Positions 18,150-29,160 are shown, counted from the stretch's first letter. The stretch is DNA of 64,000 nt from Nitrospirota bacterium (GCA_029881725.1 JAOUMB010000006.1:2333-66332); one strand, 5' to 3'. Notes: a model not told the origin generated them from the letters alone. Program-made: numbers and translations.

Positions 18150-18171
18150 CACCCCCGAATGTTCCGGAACC

Positions 18172-19689
18172 ATGTCCGACCTGCCCCGTCTTCCCGAAAT
18201 GAACGATCAGGTGATCCAGCGCCTGAAAAAACTGGACACCCTTGCCGAACAGGGCATCGCCCCCTTTGGAGGGCGTTTCGAGGCCGGCGACCGCGCCGGC
18301 GACCTGCTGGCCCGCTATGACGATCCCGCCCAGCCGGTGGGGGATGAGGCCCTGGACAAGAGTCCGGTGCGGGTTCAGGTGGCCGGACGGCTGGTGTCCA
18401 AACGGCGCATGGGCAAGGCCGGTTTCGCCCACCTGCAGGACGCCACCGGCCGGATCCAGCTCTATTTCAAGAAGGACGTGCTGGGGGAGGCGGCCTACGA
18501 GGTCTACAAGGGGTGCGATCTGGGCGACATTGTGGGGGCGCAGGGGGCGCTCATGCGCACCAACTCGGGCGAACTGTCCATCGGCGTCACACACTTCACC
18601 CATCTTTCCAAGGCCCTGCGCCCGCTGCCGGAGAAATTTCACGGCCTGACCGACAAGGAAACCCGCTACCGTCAGCGCTATCTGGACCTGATTGTAAACC
18701 CGGAGGTGAAGGGTACCTTCGTGGCCCGTTCGCGCATCATCAGCGCGGTGCGTTCGGTGCTCACCCGGGAGGGGTTCCTGGAGGTGGAAACCCCCATGCT
18801 TCAGGATCAGCCGGGAGGCGCCGCCGCCAAGCCGTTCGCCACCCACCACAACGCCCTGGGGGTGGACCTGTTTTTGCGCATCGCCCCGGAGCTGTATCTG
18901 AAGCGGCTCATCGTGGGCGGTTTCGACCGGGTGTTCGAGATCAACCGCAACTTCCGCAACGAGGGAATGGACCTGACCCACAACCCCGAGTTCACCATGC
19001 TCGAGTTCTATCAGGCCTATGCGGACCACACCGACCTGATGCGCCTGACCGAGGCGCTGATCTGTGACGTGGCGGAGCAGGCCGGATGCGGGGAGGAAAT
19101 CGCCTTCGCCGGACACACGGTGAAGCTGGCCGGGCCGTGGCCCAAAAAGTCGTTCTTCGGCCTGCTGATCGAGGACGCGGGGGTGCCGCGCGACATCCTC
19201 TATGACCGGGAGGCGCTGATCGCGTGCGCCCGCGGGAAGGGGCTGGACGTGGCCTCCGAGGCGCCCCTGTCCAAGGTGTGGGATACCCTTTTCGGCCTTG
19301 CCGAGGAAAAGCTGATTTCCCCCACCTTCGTCATCGACTATCCGGTGGAACTGTCGCCTCTGGCCAAGCGCAAGGCGGACGATCCGCGCCTGACCGACCG
19401 CTTCGAGTTGTTCATCGCCGGGTGGGAGATCGCCAACGGGTTTGCGGAGCTCAACGATCCCCTGGACCAGCGGCAGCGTTTCGAGGCCCAGGCGGCGCAG
19501 AAGGCGTCCGGCGACGACGAGGCCCACGGGGTGGACGAGGACTTCCTGCGCGCCCTGGAGCACGGCATGCCGCCTACCGGCGGCGCCGGCATCGGCATCG
19601 ACCGGCTGGTGATGGTGCTCACCGGCAACACCTCCATCCGCGACGTGCTGCTGTTCCCCCAGATGCGCCCCAAGGCGGGAGATCACTGA
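18172..19689 (+). CDS. lysS: Lysine--tRNA ligase (class II)
   Basis: [43 protein letters not shown]. Confidence 0.97.
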   Translation: MSDLPRLPEMNDQVIQRLKKLDTLAEQGIAPFGGRFEAGDRAGDLLARYDDPAQPVGDEALDKSPVRVQVAGRLVSKRRMGKAGFAHLQDATGRIQLYFKKDVLGEAAYEVYKGCDLGDIVGAQGALMRTNSGELSIGVTHFTHLSKALRPLPEKFHGLTDKETRYRQRYLDLIVNPEVKGTFVARSRIISAVRSVLTREGFLEVETPMLQDQPGGAAAKPFATHHNALGVDLFLRIAPELYLKRLIVGGFDRVFEINRNFRNEGMDLTHNPEFTMLEFYQAYADHTDLMRLTEALICDVAEQAGCGEEIAFAGHTVKLAGPWPKKSFFGLLIEDAGVPRDILYDREALIACARGKGLDVASEAPLSKVWDTLFGLAEEKLISPTFVIDYPVELSPLAKRKADDPRLTDRFELFIAGWEIANGFAELNDPLDQRQRFEAQAAQKASGDDEAHGVDEDFLRALEHGMPPTGGAGIGIDRLVMVLTGNTSIRDVLLFPQMRPKAGDH

Positions 19690-19693
19690 CCCG

Positions 19694-20960
19694 GTGCCAT
19701 TCCCCCTGCTGGTTGCGGTCCGCTACCTGAAGGCGAAAAAACGCCACCGGGCCCTGGCGGTGAACACCGTGGTGTCGGTGGTCGGCGTCATGTGCGGCGT
19801 GGCCGCGCTCATCGCCACCCTGGCGGTGATGAACGGCGCCATGGAGGAAATCCGCGACAAGATTCTGGGCACCAACTCCCACGTGGTGGTCACCCACGGC
19901 TCGGCCCTGTCCGATTACCCTTCCGCCCTCGAGCGGGTGGCCCGGACGCCCGGCGTGGTGGCGGCGGCCCCGTTCATCTATGGACAGGCCCTGATCACCA
20001 CCGACCTGGGGGTGCAGGGGGTGGTGCTGCGGGGTGTGGATCCACGGGAGGAAGGACGGGTCACCGATCTGGAGCGCAACATGGTGGCGGGAGAACTGGG
20101 CGGGCTGTCGGAGCCGACCGTGCCCGGTTTCGGCCTGTTCGAAGGCGACGATCCGGCCCCGGGGGAGGCTGCCGCCATGTCCCAGCCGGGCATCATCCTC
20201 GGGCAGGAACTGGCCATCAAGCTGGGGGTGATGATGGGCACTTCCATCAGCGTGATCTCCCCGGCGGGCGAGATGGGCCCCATGGGCATCATCCCGCGCA
20301 TCCGCCCGTTTACCGTGGTGGGCATTTTTTCCTCCGGCATGTACGAATACGACGCCTCCATCGCCTACGTATCCCTGACCGACGCACAGGATTTTTTGCA
20401 AATGGGCGACCGGGTGACCGGCGTGGAGGTGCGGGTGGTGGACTTCGAGGCCGCGCCGCAGGTGGCCCGCGACCTGCGTGACGCCCTCGGCCTGGACTTC
20501 ACCGTGCGCGACTGGCGCGACCTGAACCGCAACTTCTTCGAGGCGCTGGCGCTGGAAAAGGCGGTCATGTTCATCATCCTCACGCTCATTATCGTGGTGG
20601 CCGCGTTCAACATCATCGGCACCCTGGTGATGATGGTGCTGGAAAAGGGCCGGGAGATCGCCATCCTCAAGGCCATGGGCGCCACCGGGGGCGATATCCT
20701 CAAGGTGTTCACCCTCATCGGGCTGATGATCGGCGGCGCCGGGGTGGCCCTGGGGCTGCCGTTGGGGCTTTCCCTCTGCTGGGCGGTGATGAACATGTAT
20801 GAACTGCCCGGTGACGTCTATTACATCAGCCACATTCCGGTCCACCTGGTGTGGTCGGACGCGGTTGCCGTGTGCGGCGCGGCCATGCTGATTTCGCTGC
20901 TGGCGGCCCTGTATCCCGCGTGGCAGGCCGGGCGCATGAGCCCGGCGGACGGGTTGCGCT

Positions 20961-20968
<8 letters not shown>
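19694..20968 (+). CDS. lolE: Lipoprotein-releasing ABC transporter permease LolC/LolE
   Basis: LAVMNG, VAAFNII, EIAILKAMGA, YYISHIP, YPAWQA; upstream of lolD. Confidence 0.9.
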
Positions 20969-21635
<667 letters not shown>

Positions 21636-21945
21636 CCCGCCCCCCGCGCGGGAGCCCCCGTTAACAAACATTTAGGAACCGCCGCCGAACGGCCCCGCTA
21701 TCATCGGGGATGAAACGAGGCGCGGATGGTGCCCGGCATCCCCCCCCCGCCGGGTGGAACCGGAATCCGACCTGAAAAAAAATGTCCTGTGTAATAAGGC
21801 GGCCACGGGGGGGATGGGGCTAAGGTGAATTGTTCCCCTTCGTCCAGGGCGTCAACATGCCAATCGGGCCGTGCCGTTCGCTGTCGGCCAGAATTAACGC
21901 AACGATGCCGGGCGGAGGGGCTCAATCTTGATCATGAGGGAAACC

Positions 21946-22896
21946 ATGGCCAACAAGAAACTCATTGCAGTGGTGGGCGCCACCGGCGCCCAGGGGGGCG
22001 GGCTGGTGCGCGCGATTCTGGCCGATCCGTCCGGCGGGTACGCGGTGCGTGCCATCACCCGCGACACCAACTCGGCAAAGGCCCGGGAACTGGCGCGCAT
22101 GGGGGCCCAGGTGGTGGCCGCCGACGTGGGGGATCCGGACAGCCTGAACAAGGCGTTTCAGGGGGCATATGGCGCTTTTTGCGTCACCTTTTTCTGGGAG
22201 CATTTTTCGCCGGAGCTGGAACTGACCCACGCCCGCAACATGGCACAGGCCGCCAAACAGGCCGGGGTGAAGCACGCCATCTGGTCCACCCTGGAGGACA
22301 CCCGCAACTGGGTGCCGCTGGATGATGACCGCATGCCGACGCTGATGGGTCAGTACAAGGTGCCTCATTTCGACGCGAAGGGGGAGGCGGACGCGGTGTT
22401 CAGGGAGATGGGGCCACCCACCACCTGCCTGCGCACCTCGTTTTACTGGGACAACCTGATTCACTTCGGCATGGGGCCCAAGCGGGGGGCGGACGGCAAG
22501 CTGGTGTTCACCCTGCCCATGGGCGACCGCAAGCTGCCGGGCATTGCCGCCAGCGACATCGGCCCCTGCGCCTATGCCATCTTCAAGGCCGGGGAGCGCT
22601 ACATGGGCAAGACCGTCGGCATTGCCGGAGAGCACCTGACCGGCGCGGAGATGGCGGCGGCCCTGTCCAGGGCCATGAGCGAGGAGGTGGCCTACCAGTC
22701 CATGGCGTTCGCGGCCTACCGCAACCTGGGCTTTCCGGGGGCGGAGGACTTGGGCAACATGTTCCAGTTCAAGCACGACTTCAACGCCGATTTCTGCACC
22801 GCGCGGGACCCGCAGACCGCCCGTGCCCTGTATCCGGCCACCCACACCTTTGCCTCGTGGCTGGTGGAGCACAAGGGGCAGATTGCCGTTGAATAG
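21946..22896 (+). CDS. NmrA/HSCARG-family NAD(P)-binding protein
   Basis: VVGATGAQGG, VRAITRD, VPHFDAK. RBS GAGG before ATG. Confidence 0.9.
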   Translation: MANKKLIAVVGATGAQGGGLVRAILADPSGGYAVRAITRDTNSAKARELARMGAQVVAADVGDPDSLNKAFQGAYGAFCVTFFWEHFSPELELTHARNMAQAAKQAGVKHAIWSTLEDTRNWVPLDDDRMPTLMGQYKVPHFDAKGEADAVFREMGPPTTCLRTSFYWDNLIHFGMGPKRGADGKLVFTLPMGDRKLPGIAASDIGPCAYAIFKAGERYMGKTVGIAGEHLTGAEMAAALSRAMSEEVAYQSMAFAAYRNLGFPGAEDLGNMFQFKHDFNADFCTARDPQTARALYPATHTFASWLVEHKGQIAVE

Positions 22897-22913
22897 GCGG
22901 ATTGGGAACAACG

Positions 22914-22949
22914 GGCCGCCCCCTGTCACCGGGGGGCGGCCTTTTTTTT
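22914..22949 (+). terminator. Rho-independent terminator after the NmrA gene
   Basis: GGCCGCCCCC-loop-GGGGGCGGCC followed by T8. Confidence 0.85.
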
Positions 22950-22986
22950 GGCCTGCATGCACCGGGAATCAGGGGGGATCGTCCGG

Positions 22987-23044
22987 TTGACCGTAACCCC
23001 GGGGTGGGATAGCATTTGCATCGGGAGAATGTAAGCACCTTAAC
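22987..23044 (+). promoter_or_regulatory. Sigma70-type promoter and putative MarR operator
   Basis: TTGACC-N17-TAGCAT (22987-23015); palindromic core TAAG-cac-CTTA at 23032-23042. Confidence 0.5.
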
Positions 23045-23058
23045 TAATTGAGTAACCC

Positions 23059-23601
23059 TTGAACACCCTCAGTCCCGCATCGCAGGAGAGCGCGTTTTTT
23101 CGCGACCTGATCCCTGCCGCCGGGAGGGATTCGGAGGTGGTGCTCAACCTGATTCGCGCGGCGGGGCTGCTGTTTGCGCACCTGGACCGGAACTTCCGCG
23201 CCCACGGCATGAGCGAGGCCCAGTTCAACGTGCTGGTGGCGCTGGAAGACCATGACAACGGCATGACCATGGTGGAGATCGCCCGCCGCATGCTGGTGTC
23301 CCGGGCGGGAATGTCGGGCCTGATTCGCGGGTTGGAGGGCAAGGGATGGGTGGTGCGGGCCCAGTGCCCGGAGGATGCGCGGGCGTTCCGCATCCAGCTT
23401 ACCGAGGCGGGGCACCTGGCCCTCGGGCGGGTGCTGCCCGCCCACATGCAGTCGGTGGCCGAGGCGGTGGCGTTTCTGCCCGCCGGGGACAAGGCGAGTC
23501 TGATCGGAATTTTAACGCGTCTGCGCGGGCATCTGGCCTGTCTGCGGGCGCACGGGGACGCGGGGGAACCCGCCAACAATCAAACGGGAGAGACAGAATG
23601 A
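23059..23601 (+). CDS. MarR-family transcriptional regulator
   Basis: GMSEAQFNVL, EIARRMLVSRAGMSGLIRGLEGKGWV, EDARAFRIQLT. Confidence 0.9.
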   Translation: MNTLSPASQESAFFRDLIPAAGRDSEVVLNLIRAAGLLFAHLDRNFRAHGMSEAQFNVLVALEDHDNGMTMVEIARRMLVSRAGMSGLIRGLEGKGWVVRAQCPEDARAFRIQLTEAGHLALGRVLPAHMQSVAEAVAFLPAGDKASLIGILTRLRGHLACLRAHGDAGEPANNQTGETE

Positions 23602-24206
23602 CCAAGGGCAAACTGAAATGGGGATGGCTGCCGGTGGTGGCGCTGCTGGCGGGGATGCTGACCGCGCCCGAGGCCCGCGCGGCGGGGCAGGAGTGGACGA
23701 TCGATGTGGGCCACACCAACATCGGTTTTTCCGTCAAGCACATGTTCTCCAACACCACCGGCCGTTTCGACCAGTTTTCGGGCACCCTTACCCTGGATCC
23801 GAAAACCGGCACCCTGTCGGCGGTGCGGGGCGAGATCAATACCGCCTCGGTCAACACCAACCACGAGAAGCGCGACGGGCACCTGCGCAGCCCGGACTTC
23901 TTCAACGTGGAAAAACATCCGACCATGACCTTTGTGGCCAAGAAGTTCCACACCGACGGTGACGTGCAGCACGTGACCGGCGACTTCACCCTGCTGGGCG
24001 TGACCAAGCCGGTGACCTTCACGGTCCGCTACCTGGGCGCCGGCACCGATCCCTGGGGCGGTACCCGCGCGGGCCTCACCGCTACCACCACCATCGATCG
24101 GCGCGACTTCGGCATGAAGTGGAGCAAGCTGCTGGATAACGGCGGACTGGTGGTCGGCAACGACGTGACCATCTCCCTCGAAATCGAGGCGATGGTCAAG
24201 AAGTAA
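23598..24206 (+). CDS. YceI-family periplasmic polyisoprenoid-binding protein
   Basis: Signal peptide; IDVGHTNIGFSVKHM, RDGHLRSPDFF, DPWG, IDRRDFGM. ATGA overlap with the MarR gene. Confidence 0.92.
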   Translation: MTKGKLKWGWLPVVALLAGMLTAPEARAAGQEWTIDVGHTNIGFSVKHMFSNTTGRFDQFSGTLTLDPKTGTLSAVRGEINTASVNTNHEKRDGHLRSPDFFNVEKHPTMTFVAKKFHTDGDVQHVTGDFTLLGVTKPVTFTVRYLGAGTDPWGGTRAGLTATTTIDRRDFGMKWSKLLDNGGLVVGNDVTISLEIEAMVKK

Positions 24207-24299
24207 CCGCCGTGGCAATGCCCCGTGGACGTGGACGCGCGCGGCGGTTGCAGCCGGGGCGGCGCCCGCATTAAATGTCCGCATGGTGTACAATAGTGG

Positions 24300-24344
24300 C
24301 CCCCGCGCCGGATCGAAATCCATACCCCGGCGCGGGGGTTTTTT
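24300..24344 (+). terminator. Rho-independent terminator after the YceI gene
   Basis: CCCCCGCGCCGG-loop-CCGGCGCGGGGG followed by T6. Confidence 0.75.
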
Positions 24345-24360
24345 GTGCGTTGCCAGTTTC

Positions 24361-24389
24361 TTGTCAAAAACGGAATTCTCGGTTAGCGT
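24361..24389 (+). promoter_or_regulatory. Sigma70-type promoter for the GAF kinase-like gene
   Basis: TTGTCA-N17-TAGCGT. Confidence 0.45.
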
Positions 24390-24413
24390 AGGAACTCTAA
24401 CGGGACAGTCGGG

Positions 24414-26261
24414 ATGAGCGAGGGATACCCAAGACCATTTAACGCATTGGAAGCGGTGGCGGGAGGAGCGCAGGACGCCGTGGCGTCCCGCACCGAACGG
24501 GCGGCATTCCACGATCTGGAGGTGCTCAACACCATGCACCGGATCGCGGACAGCTCCGGCCTGAGCCTCTCCGAGCGTCTGGCAGCCATCGTCAAGGTGG
24601 TGGTGTACCACCTGCGCAGCGATGCCTGTTCCGTGTATCTGGAAGACCGGGAGCGGGGCTCCCGCTTTGTGCTGGCCGCCACCCACGGGCTGAACCCGGA
24701 TGCGGTGGGGCGGGTGTCGCTGGCCCCCGGTGAGGGTGTTACCGGCTGGGTGGGACGGGAGCAGGTGGCGTTGCCGATTGCCGACATCACCCGCGACAAT
24801 CGCTACAAGATCATCTCCGAAATGGGCGAGGAGGCGTACCGCGCCATTCTCGCCGCGCCCATCCGTCTGGATCAGCGCCTGATCGGCGTGATCAACGTGC
24901 AGGCCAGGGTGCCCACCGAGTATGCCCCGCAGCAGGTGCGTCTGCTGGAGACCATCGGCATGCATCTGGGCGGCATCATCCGCACCGCACAGCTTTACGA
25001 AGACACGCAGAAACAGCTCAAGCACCTGCGCATCATCAGCGGGGTCGGTCAGGCCCTGGCCTCGACCTTGAACCTGGAAGCGCTGCTGCGCATGGTGATG
25101 GAAAAGAGCCGCGAATTGACCCACACCCGCGGCGGTCTGCTGCGCCTGTGGGACGAGGAGCGGCAACAGCTTCTGGTGGAGGTGGCCACCGGCGACCTGC
25201 TGCCGGACGAGGAAAGCCGGCCCCTGTATCTGGGCGAAGGGCTGGCCGGCATGGCCGCCCTCAAGCAGGAGACCTATCTGGTCGATAACCGGGAGGGGAG
25301 TCGCTACGGGAACCTGCTGCCCAACGGGGTGGTGTCCAACTACCTGTGCGTGCCGGTGGTGGATCAGGGGCGCTGCATCGGCACCATCTCGGTGTTCGAC
25401 CGGGAACCCACCGAACAGGGGGTGGGATGCCTTTCGGACGACGATGCGGCCCTGCTCAAGGCCCTATCCAATCAGGTGGCGGTGGCGATTCGCAATGCCC
25501 GCCTGTACGACGAATTGAACGCGACGGTGAACGACCTGCGGCAGACCCGCGACCTGCTGGTGCAGAACGAGGCGCTGGCCGCCGTGGGCCGCATGGCCGA
25601 CGCGGTGGTGCAGGAGTTGCGCGTGCCGCTGGTACCCATGGAAGGGCTGCTGAGCCGCCTGCAACGGGACTCCCTGGAGCCGGAGCAGCGCGAGACCTAC
25701 GTGGCCATGGTGCTGCGCGAAACCAAGCGCATGGGGGCGTTTCTCAATCAGGTGCTGGAGTTTGCCCGCAGCGACACGGTGATTACCGAGTCCACCGACG
25801 TGGATGAATTTTTGACCGGCGTGATCTCGCCCCGCCGCATCCGGCTGGCCGCGCACGGCATCGGCGTGGTCATGCGCCTGAATGCCGGGGTGCACGTGCC
25901 GGTGGATGCGGAGCAACTGGGGCGGGCCCTGGTCCACATTCTGGACAACGCGGAAAAGGCCATGCCCATGGGTGGCACCCTCTACCTGCGCACCGAGCGG
26001 TGCATGTTCCCGGTGCTCGGACGGCGCACCGAAGGGGTGTGCATCACCGTACACGACAGCGGGACGGGCATTACCGAAAGCGCCCTGCCGCACCTGTTCG
26101 AGCCGTTCTACACCACCCGCGAGGGCGGGCGGGGGCTGGCGCTGGCCATTGCCTACCGCATCGCCCGTTCCCATGGCGGCACGCTGCTGGCCAGCAATCC
26201 GCCTGACGGCGGTGCCGAGTTCAGCCTGTTTCTGCCCCTTGCCGGGCAGCAAGACCGGTAG
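24414..26261 (+). CDS. Cytoplasmic GAF-GAF histidine kinase-like protein; H-box His replaced by Gln
   Basis: Two GAF domains; DHp region AVGRMADAVVQELRVPL; N box ILDNA, G1 DSGTGI, F box LFEPFYTT, altered G2 GRGLAL. Confidence 0.85.
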   Translation: MSEGYPRPFNALEAVAGGAQDAVASRTERAAFHDLEVLNTMHRIADSSGLSLSERLAAIVKVVVYHLRSDACSVYLEDRERGSRFVLAATHGLNPDAVGRVSLAPGEGVTGWVGREQVALPIADITRDNRYKIISEMGEEAYRAILAAPIRLDQRLIGVINVQARVPTEYAPQQVRLLETIGMHLGGIIRTAQLYEDTQKQLKHLRIISGVGQALASTLNLEALLRMVMEKSRELTHTRGGLLRLWDEERQQLLVEVATGDLLPDEESRPLYLGEGLAGMAALKQETYLVDNREGSRYGNLLPNGVVSNYLCVPVVDQGRCIGTISVFDREPTEQGVGCLSDDDAALLKALSNQVAVAIRNARLYDELNATVNDLRQTRDLLVQNEALAAVGRMADAVVQELRVPLVPMEGLLSRLQRDSLEPEQRETYVAMVLRETKRMGAFLNQVLEFARSDTVITESTDVDEFLTGVISPRRIRLAAHGIGVVMRLNAGVHVPVDAEQLGRALVHILDNAEKAMPMGGTLYLRTERCMFPVLGRRTEGVCITVHDSGTGITESALPHLFEPFYTTREGGRGLALAIAYRIARSHGGTLLASNPPDGGAEFSLFLPLAGQQDR

Positions 26262-28029
26262 CCTCGGCCACCCATCCGCCGATCATCTCCAGTCCCGCAT
26301 CCCAGAACCCCGGCGCGGTGATGTCGATCCCGGCGCGGGACAGGATCGCCTCCGGCCGGTCGCTGCCGCCCGCCGCCAGCAGTTCCATGTAGCGCGGGGC
26401 GAAGGCGGGCCCTTCCTCCAGGTAGCGGGCGTACAGGGCCAGCACCAGCAGTTCCCCGAAGGCATAGGCATAGCAGTAGAACGGCGTATGCACGAAGTGC
26501 GGGATGTAGCTCCACCACCCGGCATATTCGTCGCGCAGGGTCAGGGCGTCGCCGAACATGGGGCGGTTGGCGTCCATCCACAACTGGTCCAGCCGCCCGG
26601 TGGACAGTTCCCCCTCGGCGGCGCGCGCCGCGTGGGCGGTCTGCTCGAAGCGGGTCATGGCCACCTGCCGGAACACGGTGGAAAAGGTGTCCTCCAGCTT
26701 GCCGCACAGCAGCGACAGTGCCTCCGGGGTGCCTTCCAGCCGCTTGCGCAATTCCGAAAACACCAGCATCTCGCCGAACACGCTGGCGGTTTCGGCGGTG
26801 GTCAGCGGGGTGTCGGAGCCGAAGTAGCCCCGTTCCCGCGCCGCCCACTGGTGTACCCCGTGTCCCAGTTCGTGGGCCAGCACCATCACGTCCCGCGGGC
26901 GTCCCAGGTAATTGAGCATCACGTAGGGGTGGGCGGATGGCGCGACCGGATGGGCGAATGCGCCACCGCGCTTGCCGGGGCGGATTTCCGCGTCGATCCA
27001 CCGCCGCTCGAAGAACATGGCGGCGGTATCGGCCATTTCCGGCGAGAATTTCCGGTAGCTGTCCAGCACCATCCGCTTCGCCTCGTCGAACGGGATCATG
27101 CCCGCGTCGCCAATGGGCGCGTAGCGGTCATAGTCCATCAACTGCGGGATGCCCAGCAGCTTTCCCTTGAGCCGGTAATAGTCGTGCACCATGCCCGTGT
27201 GCCGCTCGCAGGCGTCCAGCAGGGCGTCCACGGCGGGGCCGGAGATCTCGTTGCCCAGGTTGCGGGACGCCATGGGGCCGTCATAGGCGCGGATTTCGGT
27301 TTCCGACGCATGGTCGGCAATCAGCGTGTTGTAGATGAAGGTGAGCAGGGGCGACAGTTCCTTCAGGCCGGCGGTGAGGGCGTCGGCGGCGGCCTTGCGG
27401 GTATCCCGGTCGGCATCGGAGAGCAGTCCCAGCACTTCCTCCTCGGACAGTTGGCGGGTTTCCCCCTTGTCGGTGAAGGGGAACCGGGCCCGGGACAGGG
27501 TTTCGTCGAACAGGCGGGCAAAGGCGCGGGCGCCGGTGTTGGCCTTGCGGTCCAGAATCACTTCCTCCCCCTCGGTGCGCCGGTGGGGCGTGAAATCGCG
27601 CTCGCGGATCAGGTGGTGGCGGTAGTGGGCCAGATCCGCATGCTCGATCAGCGGGCGGGCCTGCGCCTCGGGCAGGGCGGCCCACTCCAGTTCCACGAAC
27701 ACCAGATCGGCGCGCATGGCGGTGAGCCGCTCGCGCACGCGGGTCAGCAGGGCGCCGTGGGCGGGAGCGGTGGTGTCGCCGGAGAAGGTCAGAAAGGCGA
27801 AGGCGGACAACACCCCGGCGTCCTGCCAGATGTCCTCCAGTTCACGCAGCATGGCGGCCAGATCGGCGGCCTTGGGCGGGCCGTTGGAAATGGCGCCCCG
27901 GTGGGCCTTCTCGAAGGCGCGGGCACGTTCCGCCAGGCGCTTCAGATCGGTTTCGATGGTGGGGTCGTCGATCCCCGCGTACAGGTCGGTCAGGTCCCAG
28001 GTTATGCCGTGGGCGGCGGTATCGGTCAT
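26221..28029 (-). CDS. pepF: M3-family oligoendopeptidase F
   Basis: WDLTDLY, GKRGGAF, LAHELGHGVH, AETASVFGE, IPHFVHTPFYCYAY. Confidence 0.92.
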   Translation of the reverse strand: MTDTAAHGITWDLTDLYAGIDDPTIETDLKRLAERARAFEKAHRGAISNGPPKAADLAAMLRELEDIWQDAGVLSAFAFLTFSGDTTAPAHGALLTRVRERLTAMRADLVFVELEWAALPEAQARPLIEHADLAHYRHHLIRERDFTPHRRTEGEEVILDRKANTGARAFARLFDETLSRARFPFTDKGETRQLSEEEVLGLLSDADRDTRKAAADALTAGLKELSPLLTFIYNTLIADHASETEIRAYDGPMASRNLGNEISGPAVDALLDACERHTGMVHDYYRLKGKLLGIPQLMDYDRYAPIGDAGMIPFDEAKRMVLDSYRKFSPEMADTAAMFFERRWIDAEIRPGKRGGAFAHPVAPSAHPYVMLNYLGRPRDVMVLAHELGHGVHQWAARERGYFGSDTPLTTAETASVFGEMLVFSELRKRLEGTPEALSLLCGKLEDTFSTVFRQVAMTRFEQTAHAARAAEGELSTGRLDQLWMDANRPMFGDALTLRDEYAGWWSYIPHFVHTPFYCYAYAFGELLVLALYARYLEEGPAFAPRYMELLAAGGSDRPEAILSRAGIDITAPGFWDAGLEMIGGWVAEATGLAARQGAETG

Positions 28030-28194
28030 TGGTTGGCTCCGTTGGGGTGGATGCGGGCGGGCATCCGGTTGCCCACGCCCATCCACCCCACTATACTGCG
28101 GGACGGGGGTCGTGGGCAGCCGCTTTTTCATAGGGTTGCGCGTTCCCGGGTTTGACTTTGGTTTTTATCCATCTTCGGGTTACGGGGGCCTTCC

Positions 28195-28698
28195 ATGTCG
28201 CATGTGCACCATAAACAGCAGGCGAAAGCGCCGGTGGGGGCCTGGGTGGTGACCTGCTCCGACACCCGCACCGAGGCCACCGACGAGAGCGGCAGGCTGG
28301 TGCGCGAACTGCTCGACAAGGACGGCCACACCCTGACCGGCTATTCCCTGGTGCCGGACGAACCGGCGGTGATCCGGCAGGCGCTGGCGGACGCGGCGGC
28401 CCACGATGGCACCCAGGTGGTGCTGATCAACGGCGGCACCGGCATCTCGCCGCGCGACTCCACCTATGAAGTGGTGGCCGGGATGATCAACAAGCGCATC
28501 GACGGCTTTGGCGAGTTGTTCCGCTATCTGAGCTACAAGGAAATCGGCTCCTCCGCCATGATGAGCCGCGCCGTGGCCGGTGTGGCGGGACGGGTGGTGA
28601 TCGTGGCCATGCCGGGCTCCCGCGCCGCCGTGCGGCTGGCCATGGAGGAGCTGGTTTTGCCGGAGTTGCGCCACATGGCGTGGCTGTTGAAACCATGA
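28195..28698 (+). CDS. moaB: MogA/MoaB molybdenum cofactor biosynthesis protein
   Basis: TCSDTR, NGGTGISPRD, GFGELFR, SRAVAG, MPGS. Confidence 0.9.
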   Translation: MSHVHHKQQAKAPVGAWVVTCSDTRTEATDESGRLVRELLDKDGHTLTGYSLVPDEPAVIRQALADAAAHDGTQVVLINGGTGISPRDSTYEVVAGMINKRIDGFGELFRYLSYKEIGSSAMMSRAVAGVAGRVVIVAMPGSRAAVRLAMEELVLPELRHMAWLLKP

Positions 28699-28738
28699 AC
28701 CTGCAACGGTGACAACCGTACCCATACAGAAGGGCGAT

Positions 28739-29065
28739 ATGAGAGAGATTCAACGCAGCTGCCAGCAGATCAAGGAGCGCATCGATCAGGGGGACGAGTT
28801 CCTGCTTCTGGACGTGCGCGAGGTGCCGGAACGGGCCTTCTGCAACATTGATGGCAGCCTGCACATTCCCATGAACCAGGTGCCGGCGCGCATGGCCGAA
28901 CTGGACCGGGACAAGGACATCGTGGTGTTCTGCCACCACGGCGTGCGCAGCTTCCAGGTGGCCGCATACCTCAAGGCCAACGGATTTGAGAACGTATACA
29001 ATCTGGACGGCGGCATCGACCAGTGGTCGCTTACCGTCGATCCACAGGTGCCGCGCTACAATTGA
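28739..29065 (+). CDS. Single-domain rhodanese
   Basis: LLDVRE, CHHGVRS active loop, NLDGGIDQW, VDPQVPRY. Confidence 0.9.
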   Translation: MREIQRSCQQIKERIDQGDEFLLLDVREVPERAFCNIDGSLHIPMNQVPARMAELDRDKDIVVFCHHGVRSFQVAAYLKANGFENVYNLDGGIDQWSLTVDPQVPRYN

Positions 29066-29160
29066 TCCGCAGCCGGACGTTTTTGTTTTTGTTTTTTTGA
29101 ACTCCAGCACAACACGGGGTGGATTCGGGGCCGTGTCCTGATATGGTTGGGCCGGACACC

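Noticed and set aside
17242-19686. 814-aa antisense ORF over lysS, and similar long antisense or off-frame ORFs (8843-10369, 25882-28155, 33020-35275, 36013-38283)
   Set aside because: Shadow ORFs expected from GC-rich codon bias; they have no motifs and overlap well-supported genes.
21731-21913. 6S RNA call, suggested by the ~183-nt span with paired ends
   Set aside because: No recognisable 6S conserved blocks or continuous rod structure; kept only as a low-interest finding.
24310-24321. GGATCGAAATCC, resembling a tRNA T-arm
   Set aside because: No cloverleaf around it; it lies within a terminator hairpin.
29080-29098. (GTTTTT)n tract as a possible contingency repeat
   Set aside because: Only about three units after a short hairpin; better explained as a weak terminator tail.
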